Source: Eledone cirrhosa (Eukaryota). Taken from it: DNA of 64,000 bases. The notes beneath the pieces are model-generated. The model had not been told where the DNA came from and made no database searches. It saw nothing but the letters and a program-made list of their open reading frames with translations. Made by a program: the position numbers and the translations under genes. The stretch spans positions 313,844,001 through 313,908,000 of the forward strand of contig OZ024740.1 in NCBI GenBank assembly GCA_964016885.1. Direction: 5' to 3'. Shown in pieces: positions 1 through 14,815 of this stretch; position 1 is the first letter of the stretch; each line of letters begins with the position of its first letter.

Positions 1-258
1 TGAATATATCGACACGAGAGGCTTGACAGGTTATTGTTATCAGCTGTATATGAACTCAAATCACAACATATCGCAACTAAATACCGTGAGACATAATGCT
101 TTCTAATTTAACCTTTCTACGATCTGTCGACCATATCGAGAACAATGAACCACACATAAATAGGGAGCTTCAAATGAAAGTCTAATAGCAACAAAACACG
201 TTTCCAAGACCAAACTCATTAAAAGTTTACATATATCCAAGAGGTGTATATTAAGAAG

Positions 259-311
<53 letters not shown>

Positions 312-1896
312 TCTGAGTTTGTGTGTGTGTAAACTGAAAATCCAGAATTAGATCAAGTGAAAATCTTCGAACTTTGCTAACGTTATTCCAATTGATCAAA
401 AACGTGTCGGCTCTGTACACATTTATATCTTGTTCAACCTTACCTCACAAGCTAAAAAGCTTAACACCAAGGTAGATTCCTTAGTGTGTGCTCTCGTGCG
501 GACACTTCGTTCTCTTGGTCATTGGAAGATCCCGACTACACCGTTATAATGTATTAAACCGTATATATAAGATATTCGTAATACATATACTTAGATCAAA
601 TCACTAATATCAGCGCATCAAACACTAACAGCCTCTCTCCCATTTGACTAGTCCTTCACAAACTCCAAACTTCTCGTTAAATATCTATCCATGTGATAGC
701 ACAAGTACGTATGAAACTCACACTAACAGAATAGATACCAACATAATTACAATAATCTCTGGGAATGAACCTTGAAAAATCCTAATTCTTTTACACCGAA
801 ACATATTCACCAATTGAAATACAAAAAACAAGCGTATAAACACATATTAGTGGCTATAAACGACTTTTCACCAGCGTGATTTTGAGATGATGGTACATAT
901 AAAATTTATTAGAACTAATTTAAGGACACTACGGGCACTACAAATAAATTCGTCCGCTCATCCAGAATATTCTAAGTGTAGTAACTCAACCCTAAACTTT
1001 ACTCAAGATCAATCTTCTTGTGATTTCTCCACATTTCTTGTAAACAGGTATTTTGATGTTTGTCCGTTAACCATCTAACAGAAATCTTCTTAATTTCAGT
1101 GCTACTAAGGTTCAGAGTAATGAATTATTTATATTGCAGTACATATTTAAAACTATGTGGACTAGGGCATTTTAACAGAGCCAGTGACCCTAGAAAAAAT
1201 TCTTCTAAGAAATTAAAAGGTAAAGACCAGTATATATTTTTGTTGGTTCACTACTGATTTTACCATCAACTGTTCATAAATACCATGATAGATTTAGTCT
1301 GACACTACTGTTTCTGTCAATCCTCAACAGTTTAAAATGTTAGTTGCATTCTCTAAGTGGAAAACCTTTTACTTCTATTTAACATTCTCTGATTTAATTT
1401 AATAGTATATAGTGATTAATAGTATCTAGTTATTAAATGACTCACTGTTCAAGTAATCTGCTAAAAAATGAGATTTTAATAGTTGCTATACGTGCTATCA
1501 AATGTCAGGATTAGTTTTGCGAAATCTCTACCTCAACACATCAAACGCCTCAACAGTAACTGTGTTGTTGAAGCATCATTAAACATGTTCATGCTTACGT
1601 GTCAATTAGAAAGAAACAGAGTGGTTACTAGACCGGTTAGAAATAATATCTAAATGTTACTTAAACAAAGAAGGAAATGTAAAAAAAAAATATTGTACTG
1701 GAGTCACCACACATAGAAAACAATGTCTCCTCATCACGTGGTTTTTTAATCATTTTTTTTTTTTTTTTTTTTTTTCGCTTGAGATTGATTTCAGAACAAG
1801 GACTTTATTTAGTTTGGAAATGATGGGCCAGACATGCCGAAAGCCTAACCAATTCCAAGACGTTGGTTGCAGTCTATTATTACGGATAAAACATAA

Positions 1897-2093
1897 GTCG
1901 GTGGATTGGCAAAATCGGTAGAGCGTCGGACAACATGGTTAGCGGCATAGAGTTACAGCCCTTTACGTTCTGAGTTCAAATCCCGCCTAGGTTAGCTTTG
2001 CCTTTCATCCATACGGATGCACTGGGGTCGATTTATTCAACTTTCCCCTCCTCTAAAATTGCTTGCCTTTTGTCTATAGTAGAAATTATTATT
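1897..2093 (+). mobile_element. tRNA-derived SINE (main family of this window)
   Basis: Box A-like ggtggattggcaaaatcggtagagc, box B gagttcaaatccc, body gttagctttgcctttcatcc...gcactggggtcgattta, (TTA) tail; more than 12 related copies in the window. Confidence 0.8.
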
Positions 2094-3657
2094 ACGGATA
2101 AAACAAATGAATTTCGGGGGAGGAAGAAGGAAAGCCGTGATTTGCATGTTTTTCTACAACCGCTGACAGTAACTCTATCACAACATGACAGTGAACCGCG
2201 ATAGTACGTCCAACCCTTCAACGCTGACTAATGTTTAATTACTGACAATAAAACCTTAGCAACTTCTAAGAGAAATGGAACAGCAAGGGGGCAGATATCA
2301 CCGTATGAGACACATCTATAGTTTATTAACTTAATTTTTCTCTTCCCTGACACATCGTTTGTGTAATTTGTCTTTTTTTCTTTCTTGTTTTTATGAAGAA
2401 TAACCTCTCTAACAAATCTTCTTCTCCATCTTTTATCTTGGCGCTTCGTCACCGAACCCCATCCTGTTTGCTCAGCCAGCATAACATTCACCTTTTGCCC
2501 CTACCATACTCTACTGTATCTGTAGAGTTTTTACTTCTATTTCCCATCTCTGTAGGTACCTCGTAGCATTCGAAGTCGTACAAACCCTTAAATCATGAAC
2601 GTTCCGCATTACTTAAAACCTGCCTTGTTTTACAATATCCTGTTAACACAAAACACTTCTTTTTCTCAAATCTCTATGTTTTTGTTTGTTTTATACTTTA
2701 TGTCTTTCATACAAAAAAGCAAAAATAATATGTCACGCCACACGATGTTCGTATCAAGTATCCATGGGTTATCTCATATAGGAGAAGACAAGTTGTGATG
2801 CAATGAAAGCAGCGAATTGCTTCAAAACAAATATCTCAGCAAGAATCCCATCAACGCTACAGAAGAACCATTCATTTTTTTCTTTCAAAATATTCGAGGT
2901 CAGTGCCATGGAAACTAGCAATAAGCAAAGTCCATGACCCACTTTACATTTCCGGTTGCATGTGTCAAACCTTACAATAATTTTATAAAAGCGAAATATG
3001 TTGTTGTTGTAGTTGTTGTTTTGTAGCCAGAGGTCAGCCCTAGTAGAACAGTCCATTGATTAAAGCTGCTCCAACCATGATTATCCTGGTTTTTAGGACA
3101 ACATTATCCAATAAATTCACCTCATTTTCAAACCTTAGACAATGATTTCGGGAGATTTTCTGGTATTTCTTTCATATCAAGCAATATACAAACTTTTTCA
3201 TTTTAGTATGGAGGAGAATTCCATAGTTCAGAAGTTTTCTATGACAGAGACACAAGTTCCAAGTTAACCTTGATTCCTTTCAGTTATGCTTCTAATGTCC
3301 CTCCTATGTACATAAATATCATAACCTCTCCTTTCCTATTAACTTACATATAGTAGTTTGTACCCGAGTTGAAACAATGAATATTAGTAGTGTTTTACGC
3401 AATGATTCTTATTAAGACTCTCTTCTCTTTAACTAGAGTTATGCCTCGTAGAATAAAATATCTATGTTATTTTGAATGAATATGCAGAGCAAGTATAAAC
3501 ATGCGTTAAAAAACCAACCTTCATTTTATACTTTATGTATGTGTGTGCGGCGGGGGGTGCGTATGTGTGTTTGTGTATATGTTTGTTTGCGTCGGAGGGT
3601 GCGGTGTACCGTGTTTCAAAGAAGACCTACATAAAGCATTCCATTCAATGTTTCCTA

Positions 3658-3759
<102 letters not shown>

Positions 3760-4107
3760 CATACATACATATATGAGGTTGCTGCTGAACAACCCGCATG
3801 CACAAAGACTGTTTTAAGTGGTGGAATAAGATTCTGCACAGCCACCCCCGCTCTCTCCTTCGATGTACAATGAGCTACATTCTAGTGGGAGTACAGGAAT
3901 GGAAAACCCAAACAGCTTGATACTGATCTTTCTTAGCATTGCAGTCCGCATCTTATATGAAGTTCACCTTGCAAGGTTTGTGTAATAATACAAATTGACC
4001 TAAATGAATGGCAGACATGAATCAGAATACACAGTATAACATATGTAACCACAATGCAGCTCGTCAGAAGAGGTGTTGCATTGTTTGAGAATGTTTAACA
4101 TGATTAT

Positions 4108-4202
<95 letters not shown>

Positions 4203-6866
4203 TTATTCAGGTTTGAGGTTCACCACTGTATAGAGCTGGTCTATTCCGTATGGTCAATCGTAATGCAATAATATAGAGAGTACTCAACGTAAAGCAGTTC
4301 AACCGTCTTTGTTTTTGTAGTTGGTGGTGCTATTACGGAGTTAAATATTATAATGAAATGACAGGAGGCTGGATTTGTGTAAATCCTTGAAAGGTTTATT
4401 ATACTATGATCATTTCAATGACCGGGTTCCGTATGAATCCGGTGATATCATCAGGTATTCGAAATATAATACGTGAATGTAATAGGTAAAATCCATGGGG
4501 CTGAAAATCGAGACCCGAGGGCGACCGCTATTCTGTTCCTTCAACCTCAGCCGGTCGCCCTGGAGTGACGTGGCTAAATTTTATAGTATGCTACTACCGG
4601 TCAGATGAACGAAAACAGAAAGAGATGGGAGCATAGGTTAACGTCGATCCCATGACACAAGGTAAAAGAAAGAAAGAAAGGAAGGAGAAGAAGGGGGAAG
4701 AAAGAAGAAGAGAAGTCAGGGTTAATGTCAGCTAAAAGAGGAAGGTAACTACTACTGGTCAGATATAGGCAAGCAAGAGGGGGAAGGAAGATAAGTCTGC
4801 AGGGAGGAGGAGAGGAGAGAAGGAAGGGAAGAGAGAAGTAGAAAAGTAAGGGTTGATGGCTACAAGAAGGAAGATAGAAAGGAGGGGAAGAAAGGTCGAT
4901 ATTAATGTCAGACCACAGTCAAGCCAGGAGTGGCGCGAGAAAATTTTCACAGGGACCCGCAACTTAGCGGAGATGGATATATTGGGAGTCAGTGTTTTAC
5001 AGTGTTTAGACTTCTAGGATGAAGTTAAAAAAATTTAATAATCAATATTCAATATTAAAGAGGTTAGAAAATTTAAAGTTCAACAGTTTAACAATTAATT
5101 ATATAATAGTTCCGATTTGTTCTGTAATTTAAAGGTACTATTTGGCGGTTAAAACAACGGCCGCGCCCCGGGCCCCATGGCGAATTAAGCCACGCCGAGT
5201 ATTTTCATTTACTGAAAGAAGGGGAAATTTATTTTTCCAAGCACTCTAGGTGAGCTCGTTCGCCACGGAGCTGGTCGCGCCGCCATTAAAACCCACCCAA
5301 CAGTCCGACAGAAAGTTGGAACTTTAAAATTTAGCTTAGAGAAGTAAAAGAGTAATGGTTGATAGCTACAAGAAGGAAGATAGAAAGAGAGAGGAAGGAA
5401 GGTCGATATTAATGTCACACCACAGTCGGGCCAGGAGTGGCGCGACAAAATTTTCACAGGGACTCGCATCTTAGCAGAGGTGAATATATTGGGGGTCAGT
5501 GTGTTACAATGTTTAGACTTATAGGATGAAGTTAACAAATTAATAAATTAATAATCAATATTCCATATTAAAGAGGTTAGAAAACTTAAAGCTCAACAGT
5601 TTCAGGTTGATATATATAATAGTTTCGATTTGTTCTGTAATTTAAAGGTACTATTTGGCGGTTAAAACACCGGCCGCGCCCCAGGCCCCATGGCTAATTA
5701 AGCCACGCCGAGTATTTTCATTTACTGAAAGAAGGGGAATTTATTTTTCCAAGCACTCCAGGTGAGCCCGTTCGCCAGGGAGCTGGTCGCGCCGCCGCTA
5801 AAACCCACCCAACGGTCCGACAGAAAGTTGGAACTTTAGAATTTTGCTTAACTCTATCGGATGAAGTTGAAAGAATTCAGAATAACATTATGAAACTAAG
5901 GAGTAAGAGGATTGAGAATTGAACAAACAGAAAATTGAAGATTAGACATTCAAATAACTTCTATGAGGTTTTGGGTTGCGGGGTTTAATTAAATAGTCTT
6001 TTATGAAGAAACGTTAATTGTATTATGTAGATCTGTAATTTATCCTAGTGGGATGTAGAGTACGGGATATAGTCGTGTAATGTTTAATTTTTGTTCTCAG
6101 GAGGAGACATTCTAGTGTCGTGTGCTAATGGGTACAGGTCCCAATGTGAGGAGTAGAAATACATGGATACATAGAAGTGGAATACGTGGAAGAGCTAATG
6201 GGTACAGGTCCCAATGTGAGGGGTAGAAATACATGGATACATAGAAGTGGAATACGTGGAAGAGCACATTGGTACAGCAGAGGTATAAATATATAAACAT
6301 ATCAATATATAGGTATAAACATGTAAATAAACCAACAAGAGTGGTGTTGGAGTAAGATGGAGAAATCAGGACATTAATACAGCAAACAAAGATGTGAAGA
6401 TATAGATAAACAAACAATAGTCGTTGTCTAGTAAATGTAGAGTTCAAGAGACAGGAGAAATACAATATAGTTCGGATTGCGGTATTTATGTTCCCAGGGG
6501 GAAATATTCCAGTGACGTGTGCTGAGGGTACACGCGAGTAAAAGTCCGAATAAGGGAAGTAGAAAGTACATGGATGTATAGAGGTAGAATACGTGGAGGA
6601 GCATTAATACAGCAAATAGTAGTAGCATACTATAAAATTTAGCCACGTCACTCCAGGGCGACCGGCTGAGGTTGAAGGAACAGAATAGCGGTCGCCCTCG
6701 GGTCTCGATTTTCAGCCCCATGGATTTTACCTATTACATTCACGTATTATATTTCGAATACCTGATGATATCACCGGATTCATACGGAACCCGGTCATTG
6801 AAATGATCATAGTATAATAAACCTTTCAAGGATTTACACAAATCCAGCCTCCTGTCATTTCATTAT
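4203..6866 (+). mobile_element. Non-coding PLE-type fold-back element, hammerhead family A
   Basis: ~250-bp inverted arms 4350-4597 / 6619-6866, both bordered by (TA)n; left arm has a ~145-bp outer extension; internal ~510-bp tandem duplication 4831-5338 / 5339-5850. Confidence 0.7.
6758..6815 (+). ncRNA. Minimal type I hammerhead ribozyme (family A); mirror copy 4401-4458 on minus
   Basis: atac-CTGATGA-stem II (accggattc/gaacccggt)-GAAA-tgatca-TA-gtat; palindromic stem III loop. Confidence 0.7.
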
Positions 6867-6874
6867 TATATATG

Positions 6875-6927
<53 letters not shown>

Positions 6928-7019
6928 GTATATATATATATGTATATATATATATGTGTGTGTATATATATATATGTATATATATGTATATTACTTCTGT
7001 ATTGTATTTATTTACATTG

Positions 7020-7476
7020 TTCTTAACTCTGTAGCGGAGATTCATTAGGTCTCCTAGTTAGAATTTTAGTCTACGACTTCTGCTATACCATTTACGTGGT
7101 TTTGTCTTTGCACGCTATTGTTCTCCACGCTCCACATATGACTTATTATCTTCGTGTGTTCGTTCATTGCCAGAGAACGTCTCTATGCAGCACTTAGAGA
7201 ACATTAGTCTACGACCTCTTTTATACCATAACGAGGTTCTGTCTTTGCGCGTAATTGTTTTTCACCGCTCCTATTAATGACGTATTATTCGTTTTTTTCC
7301 GTTCTTTGCCAGCGAACGTCACCATGAACCAAAGTATCGTCTTCCTGTCTTCCTCCGGTTGCAACGTTTTTTGAAATATCCAGTTCTGCATTTACAGATT
7401 GACTTTGTTAGTTTCAGAAGATCCCGTTAAGGGTGAAAGCAGCGATTCTTTGCTTAAACTTTAATCTGTTATTTTA

Positions 7477-7480
<4 letters not shown>
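7020..7480 (+). mobile_element. Small repeat family C with hammerhead-like 3' end, between (TA)n tracts
   Basis: Related copy at 59690-60040; fragments at 12325-12390 (-) and 55675-55705; hammerhead fold at 7410-7460 with variant core CAGAAGA. Confidence 0.6.
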
Positions 7481-7560
<80 letters not shown>

Positions 7561-7563
<3 letters not shown>

Positions 7564-7832
7564 GATTTAATGCTCTGAAATAGCGATATATATGTGAAGA
7601 CAAACATAGAATATTCGAAAACTTTCTGTATGTTTATAATAAACATTTTGAAGACCCAATCGCTATAGAATAGAATGATTTCTAACAAGAATGAAACGCG
7701 TAGATTACTTCCCTTGCTTTTGTCGAGAATCTCAAATTGTAATACGTAACGTATTCTATTCTATAGCGATTGGGTCTTCAAAATGTTTATTATAAACATA
7801 CAGAATATTTTCGAATATTCTATGTTTGTCTT

Positions 7833-7843
<11 letters not shown>
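7561..7843. repeat. Fold-back element (~90-bp arms) in (TA)n
   Basis: Arms 7586-7676 / 7753-7843 with ~25-bp tail on the left; related to the direct-repeat unit at 23619-23990. Confidence 0.7.
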
Positions 7844-7866
<23 letters not shown>

Positions 7867-7870
<4 letters not shown>

Positions 7871-8470
7871 TACGAATAGGACCCCGACGGCTGAGCTCAA
7901 GCCGTTTCGACGGCTAATTCTGGACTAAATGAACATTTTTATCCTGGTATATGAATAGCCGTGCTTCTCAGGGGATAATTCCATATATGGTAAAAGTGAT
8001 TGTCACAAGGATTGGTCAAAGGTTTGTTGTTGAGACATAATAATTCTATCATGGCAATTTGTGGAGGGAAGGGGTAGCTGAACCTGCCAGTAGAAGAAAG
8101 AGGGAGAGGGGTGGAGGAAACCCAGTCGTGCGTTGATAGTGCCAACTACAGCTGGGCAGGAGGTCAAAGAAGATACTAGGGAGGGGAGGGAGGGAGGAAG
8201 TCGAAACAATAAGTACAACAATATGGGGTAAATATATAGAAAAATATCAAGTGACAATCACTTTTACCATATATGGAATTACCCCCTGAGAAGCACGGCT
8301 ATTCATATTCCAGGATAACAATTTTCATTTAGTCCAGAATTAGCCGTCGAAACGGCTTGAGCTCAGCCGTCGGGGTCCTACTCGTTCCTATTACCCACTC
8401 TACTACCCTAAGTATTGAGTACTTTGGTGCGTTATCGTCCACCTGGTTCCTTACAACATTTCCTTCGTTA
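7867..8470. mobile_element. Fold-back element, hammerhead family B
   Basis: Arms 7867-8006 / 8251-8390 plus ~80-bp tail; flanked by (TA)n; relatives at 12101-12250, 16750-16865, 25172-25364, 59115-59443. Confidence 0.75.
8281..8376 (+). ncRNA. Type I hammerhead-like motif (family B, core variant CTGAGAA)
   Basis: acccc-CTGAGAA-acggcta...tagccgt-GAAA-cggc(ttgagctca)gccg-TC-ggggt; mirror at 7881-7976 (-). Confidence 0.6.
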
Positions 8471-8474
8471 TATA

Positions 8475-8569
<95 letters not shown>

Positions 8570-8571
<2 letters not shown>

Positions 8572-9622
8572 TCTGCGTCTTCACAGAACTTATGTTTACC
8601 GAATTCGCAGACCAGACCCCTTCTTCTCCCCCCCCCCCCCCGTTAGACCTGTGCGAAATTCCTTCCTCGCTCACATTTCAACCAGGTTTGATGGTCTTTA
8701 TTCTCTAGTTCACGGTTTTATCGAGTTTATATTCATAGAAATCTGGGACTTGTCTCTTTCTTCTCACTTTCTGTTGCCTAAACCATTTTGTTTGTTCACC
8801 CTAACGTTCTCTTTACTTACGTGTCCCAACGACTTTTTTTAGCCGTTGTTCGCACCAACCTGAGGTATATGGCCTTTAAAGCGATGAAATGCCTGGGACG
8901 GTTGGAGGGTCACTGATATAGGACTCACTTTTTCATATGTATCCCATTTGCAACGCCGCAGCTCCATTATTATCATATTTACACATATATTTTTTCCTCT
9001 GCTGCCACCCGTCTGTTTCGTTCTTTGTATCTTTACCCTTTCTAGCAGTCTCTCTCTCTCTGTTAGCCTCTTCTCTTCCTCAACTTTCACTCACTCATAC
9101 CCTGTCACTGCCTCTCCTCCTCTCCTCTTTCTTCCCGCTTGACCTGTCCGATTTCTTTTCTCGCGCACTCTTGGCCAAGCCGGTATGAAATTTTTTTTCT
9201 CTCTCTCTCTCGTCTGCGTCTTCACAGAACTTATGTTTACCGAATTCGCAGACCAGACCCCTTCTTCTCCCCCCCCCCCCCGTTAGACCTGTGCGAAATT
9301 CCTTCCTCGCTCACATTTCAACCAGGTTTGATGGTCTTTATTCTCTAGTTCACGGTTTTATCGAGTTTATATTCATAGAAATCTGGGACTTGTCTCTTTC
9401 TTCTCACTTTCTGTTGCCTAAACCATTTTGTTTGTTCACCCTAACGTTCTCTTTACTTACGTGTCCCAACGACTTTTTTTAGCCGTTGTTCGCACCAACC
9501 TGAGGTATATGGCCCTTAAAGCGATGAAATGCCTGGGACGGTTGAAGGGTCACTGATGAAGGACTCACTTTTTCATATGTATCCCATTTGCAACGCCGCA
9601 GCTCCATTATTATCATATTTAC
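8570..9622 (+). mobile_element. Partial tandem (~640-bp period) of repeat family D
   Basis: 8570-8980 is repeated at 9211-9622; relatives at 10127-10739 (-, ~530-bp period) and fold-back 33727-34129; degenerate CTGATGA/GAAA motifs. Confidence 0.65.
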
Positions 9623-9673
9623 ATATATATATATATATATGTGTGTGTGTATATATATATATAAATATATATA

Positions 9674-9749
<76 letters not shown>

Positions 9750-9806
9750 AATATATATATATATATATGTGTGTGTGTATATATATATATGTATATATAT
9801 ATTATG

Positions 9807-9841
<35 letters not shown>

Positions 9842-9843
9842 AG

Positions 9844-9902
<59 letters not shown>

Positions 9903-9950
9903 TATATATATATGTATATATATATATATTATATATATATTATATATATG

Positions 9951-10036
<86 letters not shown>

Positions 10037-10061
10037 TATATGTACATATATATATATATAT

Positions 10062-10126
<65 letters not shown>

Positions 10127-10132
<6 letters not shown>

Positions 10133-10739
10133 AAATGGGGAGAAGAAAACTGCAGGTTGCCCATGGATAACATGTTATAAAATGAGTCCCTCATCAGTGA
10201 TTTGCCAACGATCATAGATATTTCATTGCATTAAAAAATCATATACCTCACGTTGGTGCAATAATAACTAAATTAAGTTATTAGGGACAATTAAAACGCG
10301 TAAAGCGAGTGAGACAAGTAAACAACAAAGAGAAAAGCTAACCGTAGATAGGAAGAGGCACAAGCTACATAGTTATTCTATCAGCATAAGCTGGGTGAAT
10401 ATATGAGCGCGTAGAAAATAGACCTTTCGCGATGAATTCAATGTAAGAAAGAAGGAAATTGTTTTCGTCGCGAACGGGATGAAGTGAGAAGGGGAGAAAC
10501 AGTGAGTGAGTGAGTGAGTGGAAGTGTGAGGAAGAGGTCAGTAGGGAGAAAGTGCTAACTGACATGACAGAGGGGGGCGAAAGAAAGTAAGAGAAACAGA
10601 GGAGAACGAGGGAGCAGTAAGAGAAGAGAGAGAGAAAAACAGAATCGCAGTTTAGGTGAAAAAAATGGGGAGAAGAAAACTGCAGGTTTCACATGGATAA
10701 CATGTTATAAAATGAGTCCCTCATCAGTGATTTGCCAAC
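10127..10739 (-). mobile_element. Family D-related unit with ~80-bp direct terminal repeats
   Basis: gtgaaaaaatggggagaagaaaactgcagg...tcatcagtgatttgccaac at ~10127 and ~10656; bordered by microsatellites. Confidence 0.6.
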
Positions 10740-10772
10740 ATGTATATATATTTATATATATATATATGTATA

Positions 10773-11352
<580 letters not shown>

Positions 11353-12270
11353 TTAATATTTTTTTAAGGCAACGCTTGTAATAACTCTAGTTAAACATGA
11401 TATATATTAATAATAAATTATCGCTGTAATGTAATTAGATTATATAATCGTTATTTTATAAATGATCTTATAAATATTATTGTAAGATGTATAAAAATAT
11501 TTTCAGACTTTTAATATAAACAACTACAAAAAACAATTAATATTAAATAAATATATTTTACATAATAATTGTTATAGTTGAATTAATAAAAATTAAATAT
11601 TACATACAAATAGTCTAACATAATAATAAAAAAAATAATCTAACATAATAATAATAAAATAATCTTACATAAAACGAACAATAATATGGACAAATATACA
11701 AGTAAATATGATACAACCAATATTATAAGCATGTTATAACGAACTGAAAAAAAATAGTTAATATAAATATAAATTAACAATATAACTTACCAAAACAAGA
11801 AAAATATTTTGATGAGAAATGACGAAATAGAGGAAGAAGATTCGAAAGCGAAACGATAAATAAACGTGCAAACAAAATGGCGGATGCATTTGAGCAACAA
11901 TTACTCTCGTTGGTTGATTAGCCAATAAGACGATGAAATTAGCCAATAAGACGATACATTACAAAACATGTTTGGCAGGGATCACCACGGCCAGCGACAC
12001 CCCTTGAATTTTTTATTCACAAGCTACGCATATATGCCAGACACGCAGACATAAAACATTCTGTTGTTAGTCACTGCGTGTCTAACAGATATATATATAT
12101 AACGAAGGAAGGTGGACCATAACGCGCCAGAGTACTCGATACTTTGGGTAGTAGAGTAGGTAATAGGAAAAGGTTCATGACCCTGACGGCAGAGCTCAAG
12201 CCGTTCCGACGGCTTGAGCTCTACCGTCGGGGTCCTGAACCTTTTCCCTATATCTATATATATATATATA

Positions 12271-12328
<58 letters not shown>

Positions 12329-12505
12329 ATTAAAATAACAGATTATAGTTTAAGCAAAGAATCGCTGCTTTCACCCTTAACGGGATCTTCGTTATTTTAA
12401 TAAATTTTTGCTCTACGGTTTTTATATATTTGATATGTATTTATCCTTATCGAGCCCTCTTTGGATTTTAGTCTTCAAATTTATTATTATTACTATATAT
12501 ATATA

Positions 12506-12899
12506 CGAGGGCAATCCCAAAAGTAAGGTCTCCTTCCAATATTGCAACTTTTCCGTTAAAATCCTATGGATGGTGCTTCGGGAAACCTCAGGAATCAAAA
12601 ATGCAGAGAGCATCCAGAGTGATCCGCCGATCTTTACGCATGTTTTCCTCGGAAGGAGATCTTACTTTTGGGATTGCCCTCTATATAATAACTGCTCGAA
12701 ATTCGCACTTGGCGGTAGCGTTCAACGGGAGCTCCATTCTCAACGGCTGCCAAGCCAAGATTGAGCATCCCAGCGAAGCGCGCGCATGCTTGTTTGGGAG
12801 TGAAGGAAGCACCAATCACAACAGTGTTGCCAACAGCCGTACCAACAGTTTCTCTGCGTCCCCATCGCCTTGGAGAGCTTACTTTTGGGATTACCTTCG
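12506..12899. mobile_element. mariner-type MITE with one left and two right TIRs
   Basis: TA|cgagggcaatcccaaaagtaag; reverse complements ending ~12681 and 12899, followed by TA. Confidence 0.75.
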
Positions 12900-13172
12900 T
12901 ATATATATATATGTGTGTGGCGGCACTAATTAATTAAGAGAAACTAGGAAGCAATATGCTATGCTTTGAAAATCTGAAAAAAAGCCACACAGAAGCGGAG
13001 ATCCATTGCCTATTTCATTAATCTCCAAAAGAAAAAAGGAACCATTAAAGTTGAGAATTTCATATAATTTTCTATATCCCGTCGCTTTAAGCCTGAATTC
13101 TTGAGTTCTTCCTCGTATGTGGGTGACTACGATCACAAGACCAGACCCATATATATACACACACACACACGC

Positions 13173-13310
<138 letters not shown>

Positions 13311-13431
13311 ATGTGTATATATATATGTATATATCATATATATGTGTGTGTGTGAGTGTGTCTATGTACGAGTGTGAGTATACATGCGTACATACAAGTA
13401 TATATATATATACATACACACACACACACAC

Positions 13432-13543
<112 letters not shown>

Positions 13544-13722
13544 TTATATATATATAAATATGTATGAAATAAACGTTAAGACAGAAGTTAAATAATCACA
13601 TCTATCATCATAAGTATTTCTGTGACACTGGCATAGAGACGATATGTAATCGTTACAACAGTGACTTGCACCAATGTGACGTCATCAAATTTTCCGCCTT
13701 TGGATATTTATACCGAAATTGT

Positions 13723-13760
<38 letters not shown>

Positions 13761-13937
13761 ACTGTAGTACAATATATATATAAAGTGCCAATAAGAATTG
13801 CAACTTTTTGTCATTTTATATACACTCTGCAAACTACAGTCGCCTTAAACCTGGAGCACAACCTGGCGAGAGACAGACACAGTAACAGCATCGAGTGGTT
13901 CGCCCAGCGTCACTGCATGTAACTACAAGTTACCCAT

Positions 13938-13968
<31 letters not shown>

Positions 13969-13974
13969 TAATAA

Positions 13975-14744
13975 TAGGAGATCTGAAGGTGGAAGAGGTC
14001 TTATCAGCATAGAGGACTGTGTTCAGATGGACAAAAACAACCTACATAAATACGTGACTGATAGTAAGGAGCTAATGCTCAGAATTGTACTGAAGGAGAG
14101 GACAATAGACCAGGGGATGTCCAAGGAGGAAATAACAACAAGGAGAAAGAGCAGCCTTCATGAAAATCCCTTCATAGTACCTTCTTTGAGAAAACTGAAT
14201 TTAGAGATCCACAGACATGGAACTGGTTGAAAAGAGGAGACCTTAAAAAGGCTACAGAAGGAATGCTAATGGCTGCGCAAGAGCAGGCCCTCAAAAAGAA
14301 GTGGGTGAAACACCATATTTACAAGGAGGAGGCTAGCCCACTGTATAGGATCTGTGGAGAGAGAGAGGAGACTGTGGCTCACATTGTATCCGAGTGTAAA
14401 CACCTAGCCCAGACTCACTATAAAGGCTGAAGACATGATGTGATGGTCAGGGTGATCCACTGGCACCTATGCAAAGTAAACAATTTACCACATTCTGAGA
14501 AGTGGTATGAGCATAAGCCAGAGTCGGTGATAGAAAACGATCAGGTGAAGGTGCTGTGGGATTTTAGAATACAGACGGACAAGAAACTGGAACACAATAG
14601 ACCTGACCTGGTGGTTTTGGACAAGGAAAAAAGATCGTGCCTGATTGTGGATATAGCCTGCCCATTCGACACAAGATAGTGGCTTGATATTCATTTCAAC
14701 AAACTTTCCAGTTAAATAACATCAATGACTGAGACTCAAAGAAC

Positions 14745-14745
<1 letters not shown>
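13975..14745 (+). pseudogene. 5'-truncated, internally deleted R4/Dong-type LINE 3' fragment
   Basis: EGGRGL, AAQEQAL, CCHC-like ICGEREETVAHIVSEC, NRPD...IVDIACP restriction-like endonuclease motifs; contains stops and a frameshift; flanked by (TAA)n. Confidence 0.85.

Positions 14746-14814
<69 letters not shown>

Positions 14815-14815
<1 letters not shown>

Noticed and set aside
308-1260. Possible decayed RT sequence
   Set aside because: No convincing motifs
8855-8925. Functional hammerhead in family D
   Set aside because: Stem I (ccaac/gttgg) and GAAA are present, but the core (CTGAGGT) and cleavage triplet are non-canonical; the downstream CTGATGA lacks a matching 3' half
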